Positions 37,465 to 49,908 of a stretch of DNA of 64,000 bases are shown here, piece by piece; positions within the stretch are counted from its first letter, which is position 1, and each line of letters starts with the position of its first letter. The notes beneath the pieces were generated by a model. The model saw only the letters and a program-made list of their open reading frames with translations, had not been told where the DNA came from and searched no databases. Position numbers and translations under genes: made by a program. This stretch comes from Cycas panzhihuaensis (taxonomy: Eukaryota; Plantae; Cycadophyta): assembly GCA_023213395.1 (NCBI GenBank), contig CM041465.1, forward strand, positions 143,785,741 through 143,849,740. The letters are read 5' to 3'.

Positions 37465-39586
37465 GTTTCCCAACCAAAAACTAAACTACAAATAAATGAC
37501 TATAGAGTCTATAGAATGAAGTATGATTCCCATACAGACCTCTGAAACATGTAATGAAGACCTCTAGAATGTGTAATTTAGGGTACGCACCTCAAAATTG
37601 ACCAGACAACTAGCATCATAGTATATCTTAACCTCTGTCAAGCCTCTAATATGGATAAACCCTAACACTGTGACTACAGCTCCCAATAGGGCTTCGACTA
37701 CATGACATCGAGTGGCTATAGCTATAGTTATAGTTGTGGCTTCTACTGTGGCTCTTAAATATAAATTTTAAGCTTTATTACTGTTTCAAATCCCCTAGCT
37801 AATTTCTAGTACCATGGATTAGATCTGGTTTGGCAGAAACATCCACCACCACATTTTTTTATTTTTTTATTTTTTTTTTTTAAATATATATTTTTATATA
37901 TTAATTCTACATTTTCTATGGGTGATATAAATCAACCCATCTGTGATCATTTTTTTTATGTTTTAATCATTTGTTTATACCTTATTTTTTCATCTACGTG
38001 ATCACGGCAACAACATATTATCTTTTGTTTATTTTTAATTTTTTATAAAGTTTGAACTTAATAAAATTAAATTGGATATATTTTGAGATCCGGTAGTTTT
38101 TGGCTCCAAGCCCCCTTTGGTTTTAGCCCCCCTAGTTGTATGTCCCCTCCATGTGACCTTTAGCTACTCATTAGAAGGGGCTTTTCAACTTTATAAAATT
38201 TATCCTTTTATTATTATTTTTTTTAATTTTTCCTTAAAACATAGGGTACCTAGCTAATTTCTTCAATATCTCCTTACTGGGATATCAGTTTCTAATGAAA
38301 CCTATCTCATTGAGTCTAGAATTTTTTGAGGTACAATTTAGACTAATTATTTTCCATGTTTGAAGCTAATTTAATATGTTTCTAATCAGTTTAAGTTAAT
38401 CTATTTTAAAAAGGCCTTATTTTAGATTATTAACATAAAAAGTACTTACTGCTATTTTTATTATAACTTTTTAGTTACACATCAGAATTTAGTTCCATTA
38501 GTTTTGTTAGGAAATTGACTCATTCCCTTTTGAATTGACACTATTATTTATAAGTTTTAAAGTGTTTTTGTAAAATTTTAAATCCATCAAAATTGAGGTA
38601 CATAACAACTTCTAATTTGTCATTATTGCATATTTTTATACATTATTTCTCAAGTGTATTAACTAAAAAGTATATTAAGCATCTTTCTAAACTATATTTG
38701 ATCAATTTACATTGTTCTATAAGATGTTTACTAGCATTTCATAATATTTTGAGCCCTAGGCTCTCGTTAAGCCTCAAAAAGAGGACTACATATTTTGTGT
38801 ATTAAAATTTTGACTAATAGGAACCCATTTTCAAAATGGTCATTTCTATTTAATAGATATTTCATTGATCTTAAAATTGGTATAAATTCACCTTAATTTG
38901 ACATTGTTTAGTACAACTTTGAAGCTGCTCAACTTGAGCATTGAAGATATCCCAACAGGCTTGTCTTCTAAACCTTTTTTTAAGGAGTTCTTTATTTTAT
39001 TTCTTATTGATCCCTTATAATACATGTTAGAGGCTTTCATTTGACCTTTTATATAGTTTCTCTTAAGCTAATTTGTAGCAAAAATTAATCATATACATCT
39101 AAATCAAGTGACAAGCCAAATGGTCCTATAACATAAAAATGGGTACAATTCATTTTTTAAAGTTTCTTCTTTATGTTTTTTATATCTCAAAGTGAAAATA
39201 TATATCTCAAATTTTCAACATTATATATCTTCATCAAGACAAAGGGATTTCATGCATTGAAAAAGAAATTTATTTTCTTACTTAAATCTATGGTTATTTA
39301 TTTGAAAATTCAATAGCATAAGAATTCCTTATTTTTCATCATTAAAGCCTTATTTCAGATTTGCATAGTTAAAAGGATCTTAGTTACATTCAAAATTTAC
39401 TCATATCATCATTATATTTCAAAGAGTCTATTTAAAATTATATATTATAAGTTTACTGACTTATTAAGTTCTTTGATTCCTTCTAAAGGCACATATTTGG
39501 TTGAGAAGTACAAAAAGTTCACTTGATAGAACCATATTTTTTTATGTACTAAAGTTTTCTATAAAATAGCCATCAATCTACATAAA

Positions 39587-40275
39587 ATACAATTCCCTAT
39601 ATTTGATGGCTATAATTTTTCACAATGGAATAAAATAATATAAAATTATTTTATTATAAATGATATTTGAAAATACTTACAAAATGGATATGACCTTAAT
39701 ATTAAAGAAGACATTAAAAAAGGTAATGAAGCCTTAGCTATACTATTTTACAATTTAGATGATAATGTTTTCTCTAAATTTGTGAAATGACAACTTCCAA
39801 ATTGGTATGGGACACCTTAGGTTCTATTTATGGGGCAGAAACCCTCAATATAGATGAATTTAACTTTAATATTATTGAGTATGTAAGACATATGCTAGAG
39901 CAAGTTGATTATGATGGAAAGAACAAGGAGGAAAATTCAAGTTAAATGCATGATCACCTTGTTGCACGTGAAGCCAATCCTCCATTTGAGGGGGAGAAAC
40001 CTTATGATGTGATAGTTACTCACAACATAAAGATTTCAAAAGACAAAGTCAAAGTTTTAGGAGATAAAGTTAGAGTTGCATCCATTCACCTTTATTCAGA
40101 TCAAGCTATAATTACTTGGAGATTTTTTGAATCACTCAATGGTAAAGAGACATACAATACTAAAAGTATAAGGTGAATTGATAATGATCAAGCTAAAATA
40201 TAAATATTCAAAGTTTTTTTCAAGTTCAAGTTTCACAAGTTTAAAGAAAAGACAAAGTTGTTTGTGATGACTATT
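39587..40275 (+). pseudogene. Gag-derived ORF of element B, homologue of 22909-23637
   Basis: QFPIFDGYNFSQW...DDNVFSK..TTSKLVWDTLGSIYG...NPPFEGE..KDKV..DKVRVASIH...FKVFFKFKFHKFKEK, with several stops and at least one frameshift. Confidence 0.8.
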
Positions 40276-41393
40276 AAGGGGGAGAATGTTGGGGTTAATG
40301 TTCATCACCCTACTTCCACCTTTCACACATGTCAGTGCACACATATTAAGGTAAGTCAGGTAATATTAAGTTGATTTGAGTTAAGTTGTTGAGTTATGTA
40401 ATATTTTATTGTTGTTTGAATTCTAGGGGTTGAGGAGTTTCCCTCCTCCCTCAAACTATATATTTGGAGGGGTGTCCAACCCTAATGTCTTTAGACACCG
40501 CCTATATTAGAAATTTGCCATGTACTCACTCAAAGATAGATTGAATACAAAAGTTTATGTGTTTATGCTATAATGGTTTTGATTACTTGATGTATTGCTA
40601 TGCTCTGTCTCTATCATTTTTATGATCCTTCATAGATATCTTCATTTGAATAGTAATTTTAAAGTTTCTAAATCTCATTTTAACTAGCAAGATTTTAATC
40701 ACATTCAAAAATTTCCACTTCCTGTGTGAAGATTGAAGAAATTTTTAATGGTAAGTGATTATTTGAAGCATTGTACCTTAAATATTAATAAAATTTTAGC
40801 TTTTAGTAGTTGTGAGATCCTATTTTAGGATAAATCCTAAGTTGAAAAGTGATTTTTCTTGTGTGTGTAGTGTGTTTTTTGTTCATCATTACATTTGGAG
40901 ACTTGGTGGTATGTTTTTGGCTTACTATTGAGGTTGAAGTTTTTTCGTGATGCTTAAATGGATTTTCAAGTGTTGATACTCATTTCTTTAAGCAGTTTTT
41001 CAAGAATTAAAGGATTTTATAATTAAAAATCACTTTTATACTAGTACTCTATCATGATAACAACACCAATTAAGATATTACATATATACACGTAAACTTA
41101 GTACTCTTGGTAAGGCTAACCTATTAACAATGTATAGTATAAGAGTGTTAAGGTGTTATGAAAAACTTTAAGATGTCATAAGGAGACTTAGATAAATTTA
41201 GAGAAGTTGAGTTTCCTAGTTATAGGATTTATAAACCTTAACTAAAATCTATTATTATTGGGTAAGCATATTTAGTGATAATCTAGCATGTGAAGTGAGT
41301 GAGAAATCCACTAATACCCAATCCTTAGACAGAATCATCTTAATACTAAGGGATAAAACAAAGGAGACACTATGTATAAATAAATTTTTGTCC

Positions 41394-44300
41394 ATGGTAG
41401 TATTCTCAAGCACCTCACTTCACTTAGAATTGCACATTTCAATGGAATAAATTACTTACCATAGTTTCGTAGAATGAAGTTTATTTTTATGTCTAGGAGC
41501 ATATGGAACCTTATAGAAAGTGGATATCCTACATTAGCCTAAAATGCATCTCTTAATGAAAATAAAGTCTTTGATGGTAATGTTATTATGGATAATAAAG
41601 ATTTATTAATCATCTTTACTGCATTAAAGGACCATATATTTCCTAGAGTTAATGAAACAACCACTTCTAAGGAGGCTTGGAATAACATGAAGATTGTGTA
41701 TGAAAGCACTATAATAGCAAATCTTTAAACTTTAAGGATAAAATTTGAGAATAATATGATGGTCTATAATGAACCAATGAATGACTTCATCATTAAGATA
41801 TAAGAACTAGTAAACCATATGTGAGCACTTAGTGAAGATATATTAGAGAAATGTGTTAAAAAAAACTTAAGATATATGCACGATAATAAGAAGCTTGAAA
41901 CCATAACCTCATACATTAAAGTTTCAAGGAACTTGAGTATGATGAAAATTGATAAGTTAGTGTAATTCTTTATAGTGTTAAATAAAATAAAAGTGCCAAT
42001 GAGACATTAGAACAAATTTTTTCCATTAAGGAAAAAATTGGTGGTCCAAGGGAAATCTTAGTCATGTCAAAATCAAGTTAGATATGTATGTCAAAATTAA
42101 GTTAGATAGATAAATAGTATTACTCAAGAAGGAGAAGTCTTGGAGGGCATACCTATATAGTAGGTTATCAAAATTTTAAATATGCAAGTAGAGGTCTAAG
42201 TTTGAATCCTAAAGGAAGAGGTACATATCAGCCACCAAGAGGAAGGAGTCCTAGTCTAAGATCTAAAGGAAGAGGAACTAGTCAAGGCATTGTTTGTACT
42301 TATTGCAATAGACTTGGTCATATATAAAGTGATTGTCATACTAAGAGATCTCACTTAGAAAGAAGAAGAGCTAATATAGTTGTTATTAACAAACCCTAAG
42401 AGGAACAAAAGTTATTCATTCTTGAGGAATAAGGGTCATTAAAAAACCAAACAAAGAATAAAGGGTCCTTGAAGTACCTAAAGAAGAATAAAGGGGCATT
42501 AAAAATTCTAAAGAGAAACAATAAAAATCTCCACATGTAATGGCACATCACAATGAATATAATGGATATATAGACTCAAGTTGTTCCACTTATATGACAC
42601 ATAAGGAAGAAAAATTTAATAGGATAAATACTACTTGTACAAGTAAAATTATTTTTGGTGATAGCTCCTCTCATGAAGTAAAAGGCAAAGGTGATGTTTT
42701 TATTCAAGCAAGCAAGTACATAGGTGATATGATTTATATTCCAACACTCAAGATAAATCTACTTTCAGCAAGTCAAATATTGGAGTAGCAACTTAGATAT
42801 GTGTTTGATCATAGAGAGTGCATAATAATAGACAAGAAAAAGAATTGTGAAATTGTGGCTAAGGGGGAAATGACTAAAGTTATACTTTTTAAACTAATCA
42901 CCCCTCTAAATAATCCTTATGCCCTAAAGGTATCTTGTGAAGATAATTGAATCTAGAACTTAAGATTTGGACATGTTAACTATTAGAATCTCTCTTTAAT
43001 GTAAAAAAGACAAATGGTGATTAAAGTACCTAATATAAAGAAAGAGAAAGAAATTTACGAAAGTTTCATTTTATAGAAATTGCATAGAGATAGTTTTCTA
43101 GAAGAAATCACAAGAGTAAGTACACCTCTTTAACTAGTATAAATAGATTTATGAAACCCTATGAAACTATCATATTTTGAAAAGGTAAAATACTTCATAA
43201 CTTTTATAAATGATTACTCAAGGATAACTTTGGTTTAGTTTCTCAAAGAAAAATTAATGGCTTTCAAAACATTTGTTGAATTTAAGGCCATGATTGAAAG
43301 ACAAAGTGGTTATTTGATCCTATATATAAGATTCAATAATAAGTGAGAGTTTACCTCTCATTAATTTAGTGATTTCTATGGATGACATGGGATCAAAATA
43401 CAATTTACTAACCCCTACACTCCACAATAAAATGGGGTTTGTTGAGAGAAAAAATAGAACCATTATTAAAATGGATAAGTGCATGCTAAACATAAAGAAA
43501 CTTAACAATATATTTTGTGTAGAAGCTATAAGTATAGTTGTTTACTTCTTGAGTAGGTGCACCATAAAATCAATTTATATAGAGGTTTGGACAAGCCATA
43601 AACTTAATGTTAAACACTTGAGAGTATTTAGATGCATTGACTATGCCCATATTCTAGATTAAAAGAGAATTAAACTGGAAGATAAAAGTGCCAAGTGCAT
43701 CCTTATTGGGTGTTCTTCTAATTCAAGATCACACAAGCCATTTCACCCTATTGACAGGAAAGTGATAATAAGTATATATATGATATTTAAAGAAGAGGGC
43801 ATTTATCAGGATGACTTATAAAAACAAGAAGGAAAAAAGATAATAATTAAAATTAGATCAAACCCAAGTTAGTAAATATCTCTATTAAATAGAAGTCAAA
43901 GTATAGGTCATTGACATTAGGACAAGGACCTAAATAGGAAGAAGGAACCATGATCTCTAATGTATGTTAGATATAAATTTTAAAAGGAAAATTACAAAAA
44001 GAATGGTAAATTTTATCTTAATGAATAATGGAGTATAATGAGCCTTATACTTTTGAAGAGGTTGATAAAATTAATGAATGGATAAATGCTATGGAGAAAG
44101 AGTATGATGCCTTAGTAAAAAATGACACTTGGGGCTCTGTAAATTTACCACTGGGAAAGAATATGATTCATACTAAGTGGATTTATAAAACTAAGTATAG
44201 ATCAAATGGATAAGGTGAAAAACATAAAGCATGACTTGTTTCCAAAGGATATTCATAAAGTAAGGAATTAATTTAAATGAGACATTTATACTTGTTACAA

Positions 44301-45570
44301 GGATTGAGATAGTCAAAATAATTATTACCTTAGCTACACAAAATGGTTAGTCATTCATTGAATAGATGTTAAAAGTGCCCTCCTTAATAGTTATGTTAAT
44401 GAGGAAATTTATGCTGAGTAATGTAAAGGTTTTGAAACTAAGGATCAAGAAGATAAAGTATACAAGTTAAAGAAAGTATTATATAGACTTAAATAAGATC
44501 CAAGTGCTTGGTTTTTAAGGTTTGATTGGAACTTTAAAAATAAAGGATTTCTGAAGAGTCAATCAAATCCTAACTTATATATTAAGTTGGATGGAAATAC
44601 AATATTGATAGTTGGTTTGTATGCAGATGATCTTATTTATACTGGGAACAATTAGTATCCATTTGATCAATTCAAGTAGGACATATGTAATGAACTTAAA
44701 ATGACAGACTTAACTAAAATACACTATTTCTTAGGGATAGAGGTTTAGCAAGAAGGTGATAGTATCTTTGTTTCATAAGGAAATTATATACTAGGAATTC
44801 TACATAAATGTAACATAGACATATACAAACCAATTTCTACACTTCTAAAAGTTGGGCTAAAGACATCAAAATATAAGAATTCTAACTTAGTTGATTTAAC
44901 ACTTTACAGGTAATTAGTTGGGAATCTCATCTACATGACTACAACTTGTCCTAATATCGCTTATGCAATTAGTCTTCTATCTAGATTTATAGTTGACACA
45001 ACATGATTCATTTACAAGATAAAAAATATATACTATGATATCTCAATAGCATAATTAACTATGGGTTAAAATATAGGCCAACAAAAATGTTCATATTGAT
45101 TACATTCATTGATTCTAATTTTCCAAGTTTGGTTGATGATAGAAAATCTAGATCAAGATATTTCTTTAGTCTAGGTTCTACAACATTTACTTGGTGCTCA
45201 AAGAAGCAACCTACAATTTTTCTATCAACATCTAAAATAGAATATAAATTTAGAATCACATGTATATGTGAAGTAGTTTATCTCCAAAAGGTATTAAAGG
45301 ATTTATAAGAAAAGTAGAAAGGACCCACTCAAATATTTTATAGTTATCAGAGTATAATATAGATAACAAAGAACCTAGAATTCCATAAAAGTACTAAGCA
45401 CATCAAGACCCAACATCACTTCATTAGGTAATTGGTGCAATAAGAATAAATTAAATTGATTTATTGCAAGATAAATGATAATTTTATAAACATATTTACT
45501 AAGGCACTTTTAAAATTATTTTTTTTACAAGTTCATAGAGAACCTTAGAATTTTTTCTAATGTGCATTAT
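41394..45570 (+). pseudogene. Heavily decayed copia gag-pol of element D
   Basis: CTYCNRLGHIKSDC knuckle (about 42295), YIDSSCSTYMT protease, ERKNRTII integrase, EP.TFEE..WINAMEKEYDALVKNDTW and YADD (about 44620) RT, WCSKKQPT RNase H. Confidence 0.9.
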
Positions 45571-48500
45571 AGAGGAGAAATATTAGATAATCGGAGTATA
45601 TTAATATTTATGCATTATTAATATAAGTGCATGAGTTAGTTATTATTTATTGACATGAGAACTATTGAGGGAGTTCCTCATAGAGTTAATCCCTCACTAT
45701 ATATTTGATGGATTTCAAGCTTGATGTTTATACATACCACCTATTATCATAGGTTTACTCCTATCTACTCCATTTATTTAGTCATTAATTTACTTTCGTT
45801 TGTCTTAGTTTGCTACCCAACTCTTTAGGATGAAGAATAAAAAGAGATAAACTAAAATACTCTTTATGCAAAAGGATCTAGTAGGAAGCTTCAAAGACCA
45901 ATCCAATAAGTAATAATAATAAGAATAGAGAATGATTATCTTAATATAAGATTGATATAAATCAACCAAAACCAATAGTGACATGAGTGAGGAAGACTCA
46001 AAAAACTTAAAATAAACACTCAAATAATTTAACCATAATTTGGCAATAATTAAAGAAAAAATACTTTTAAAAGTAAATGGTAAGAAAACTATCAAAGCAA
46101 ACCAAAGATCAAGAGAGAAACTTGAAATAAAAACCTAAAGAATCTTCATAAGTAATAACCAAGGAAAATTCACCAAATTTTTTAATAAGAAAACCTTGAA
46201 AACTCCTTGTTTCTAATCAATTTATTATTAGAGTAAATTGAAAGGAATAGTGGTGGTAAGCCCAAAAGAGAAATAGAGGTGAATGGAATTAAGTCCCCAC
46301 GAAAATCTACTCATAAGACTAGCTCATGAGAGGAAGAAGGAAGAATTGATCTTATAACACACCTAAAGCTTCAAAAGCCACTAACAAAATGTTAGGGGCC
46401 TAATTGGACCTAACACAAACTCGAGACACCTTTACTCCTAGTTAGAACTCACCTAAGTTAACTAACTAAAGTCAATGCCAATTATCTCAGCTTGAACTAT
46501 GAAATCTTAAAGTATCACATCCATAATAAAATAGACATACCCAATAGATGCAACAAGTCCAAATAGATAAGCATGCTTCATAATTTGACTTTAGAATTAC
46601 TTATAATAATGTTTTTAATGGTTATATATAATAAACTAATATAATTCAAACATTAGCAATATCTTAATGGGAAAACAACCAGATTGCTCAATTAGATTCA
46701 TTACTCTACCATTTGAATTTATTGAAGAGGATATGCCCCTGATCTAGAACACATAATATAAATTATAGAGTACTAGTCAACCTCTTAATTCTCAAACATA
46801 AATTTCTCTATAATACTCCTTTAAATTCTATTTCCTTTGTAGAAGTTATAATAATATTTAATCATCCACATAGCTACCACAAGTTCCTATTAAGATCTTA
46901 GCACACTACTTCAACAAACATGAATAGATTATTTTCACACTTCTATATATCATACTAGTTTGCAATATCATACCACATATAGTTTTCTAATAAATTAATC
47001 TCTTTAGACTATGTTATTATAAAATATTATATGTTTCATACCATATAATCAAGGAGAGGAATGGGGACTTACTCAACTTAAGTTCGTTTTACATAAATAA
47101 GAATGAACTCACTCAATCCTTGAAGACATAGGGGACTTAATCAACCCAATTTCCTCAAGATAGGGAACTCACTCATCCTTGCTTTCTTTCATAAACACTA
47201 TCACAAATTAATAGTCTAATAAGATTAAGTTAATAATCTATAAATACATTCATAATGCCTACCCATCCAAGCCCTTATATAGGATGATGGCAATTAATAT
47301 AGAGTGAATCTATCCTAGATTATCCCCTCCATGATTTAGCTCCCAAGATGCTCAAAGCAAAGAGATATGTATATTATTTTCTATTTTTTATCTAGACTAT
47401 ACATCATATAGCCTTTACAAAAGTCCTAATCTCTAACTATATCTTTGACTTCTCTTGAGAATATCATTATCTCTCCCTCTCCTTACATCCATTATTGTCT
47501 CTATGTCTTTGTAATTTACCTATGCATCATCCCTCATCTCTCCCTCTCCTTTTTCTTTATAACATAACAACTTTTTAGCTTCTAAGATTATTTACATTCT
47601 AACTCTATAAATTTATGACTTCTAAGACTATTTGTATTCTACTAATGAAACTCTTTAGCTTCTAAGATTGTTTGCATTCCTCTGACATATCACAATCTCT
47701 ACAAATTATAATTTTTTATGATAGGCAATCTAATAGTCCTTATATATTTTGCAATCCTTTCTACTCATATATTCTCCTTCTTTATTTTTCACTTATCACT
47801 TCCCATGATTAATCTACCACTTTACAAAATTACCAAGATCTTTCCATGTGTCCTCTTATTCAATGGTCATGATTACTTTGCTAGTTACTTCCTTATAAAT
47901 GCCTAAACCATTCTCACTTATTCTAAGTAATCAACCCACATGTATGTTACACTAAATATGACCATATGTTCTTCAAAATGATAGCTTAGATTTGATCTTA
48001 TATGATTATTTGATAGTTAACACTCCACTCACAATCTTATCCTTTGTAAACTTACCACTTTCTCTTGTTATTACTCTTCCATATGAATGAATCAAATTAA
48101 ATTATACATGCCATTATATGATAACCTAGATTTCTACTCATATTCTTCTTTTCATTCTCCCTATCTCTTATAACTCATAAGCTCATTTCATAGTTTCTTA
48201 CTTTTCCTCAAAAATTCATAACATATGAGATTTCCCTTCTCTTCCTTATCTTTGTTATATAAATTATTTAGATTTTATTCTTTAACCTCCATCTAAGGGT
48301 CATAGTTCACTTATACTTTATCCCTCCATTAGCTCTATCTCTTTCTTTTATCTCTTTTTCTTTGATCTAATAGTCCTTATTCTATCTTCTGCCTTTACCA
48401 TTCCTTGTCTTTTTATTTCTCATAACATTCTTTTATCGAGGCTCATGCTTCAAGCGATGGTCATCCTATATTCTTTCTTATTAATTCTAAAATGTAGGAT

Positions 48501-48830
48501 GTGAAATATTGCCTATTTCTCACACTCATACTTTCCTTCATCAAAATATAACTTTTCACTTAACATCTACAAGAAGTAATATATGAGATATTGCATGTTC
48601 CCTCGATTCTTATGACTAACAACTTCCAATTCTAAAACATCACTTATTGGCCTCATATTTATGAGATATAAGATATGAGATTCACCCACTTGTGTGCTTT
48701 AAAATTTTGTTAAGTCTATATAATATACATTTTTCTAGTTGTGGTCTACCTATGGTCTTCCTAATGCATCTATATTCTTTCCAATTATCCTTTAATGCTT
48801 TACATGGCTCAATTCACTCAAGCTTCTTTA

Positions 48831-49410
48831 TGTTGGATATTATGACAACAATATTTTGGGGCTAAATTTGGTTGTGTTTTTGGCAGGGGTGTGGAATGCC
48901 CCCCACTAAGAGGGGGTTCGGGGGCGATAGGCCCCGACTTGAAAAATTAGCCCTGTAAACCTTATTTAATTATAAAGAGAATCAAGGTCATTCGATACAA
49001 ATACCCTAGATTCTATGGTTGAGATTTAGGTCCTGGATGTTCCTCTCATGTATCCCATTTTAGGGATTTTCTTATTATGTTGTAATGTAATGTAATGTAA
49101 TGTAATGTGATGAGGGTGGTGGCTGGTTATTGTTCCTGAGAGTATTATGTAACTAAGATGTATTGTTTCTCCATTCTACAGTAATAAAGATCGATACCTT
49201 TCCTATGTGGATGTTTCCCTAACACACTGCTAGGGTTTTACCACATTATATAGGGTGCATATGTGATGTTTATCTTTCATTTTTATGTTATTGTATAATC
49301 TCTGATTTTAGAACTTGCATGTAATTTTAAGTTTCGATTTTTGTAACTAGTTGTAAGAATGCAATGGATCTTGGTGGTGGTTAAAGGGTTGGGACCTTGT
49401 ATTCTCAACA
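48831..49410 (+). mobile_element. Solo LTR (580 bp)
   Basis: TGTTG...CAACA termini, TSD CTTTA at 48826-48830 and 49411-49415. The homologous empty site is seen at about 57425-57440. Contains (TGTAA)5 at 49081-49105. Confidence 0.9.
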
Positions 49411-49908
49411 CTTTAATCATAATAACACTTACTAAATATTTTCACATAAAGAGGATGTTCCTATATCAATATTTATAACACTCTAATGGAGTTACGATGG
49501 CTACATATTCTTTTATGGCTAATCCCTTACAAAGGTTCTCCCTCTATTCTTTTCTCACTTGTATCATGTCCTCCCCTGTGTAATATTGTCATATCTAAGA
49601 AATATAGTTCCATATCTATATTGGAGGGTTTTAGGTAATTTTTAACATATGATTATTAAATTGATGTATTACCTCCTTGATATGAACTAGGGGGTCATCA
49701 TGTGTACACTTCTTAATGTATGAGGTCATTAGTTGAACAAGTGGCTTTTAGTTAGTGATTATAGGTATAAAGTGGTTTATGTCTATAAATATATATATAT
49801 TGATTCTTTATAATACAATTTATAAATGACCATTTTCCGTAAGTATATTATATTTATGTATTTATACATATTTTTTCATTTATTATTTCACCTATATAAC
49901 TTCATAGT

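Larger units (their letters stand above)
29457..40632 (+). mobile_element. Element B: non-autonomous copia-derived LTR element, sister of A, interrupted by copia C
   Basis: 346-bp LTRs (29457-29802, 40287-40632; about 31 mismatches by eye). TSD TAGAT at 29452-29456 and 40633-40637. PBS TGGTATCAGAGC at 29805 and PPT AAGGGGGAGAA at 40276-40286. No pol of its own was seen. Confidence 0.93.
28386..45827 (+). mobile_element. Old Ty1/copia element D, interrupted by element B
   Basis: Diverged LTRs of about 250 bp (28386-28637, 45581-45827). TSD GGATG at 28381-28385 and 45828-45832. Degenerate PBS TGGTATTTGA at 28640 and PPT AGAGGAGAAA at 45571-45580. Confidence 0.88.
22673..46386 (-). mobile_element. 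Tentative host LTR fragmented by insertions A and D (pieces about 22673-22804, 28279-28385, 45833-46386)
   Basis: Removing A and D at their TSDs leaves one continuous A-rich segment starting TGAAC and ending CTAACA, with a PBS-like TGGCATTAAC (minus) at 22661-22670. No partner LTR was identified. Confidence 0.35.

Noticed and set aside
28162-46386. Copia D inserted inside a long 5' LTR of element A
   Set aside because: TSD GTAGC closes A at 28273, so A and D are neighbours rather than nested.
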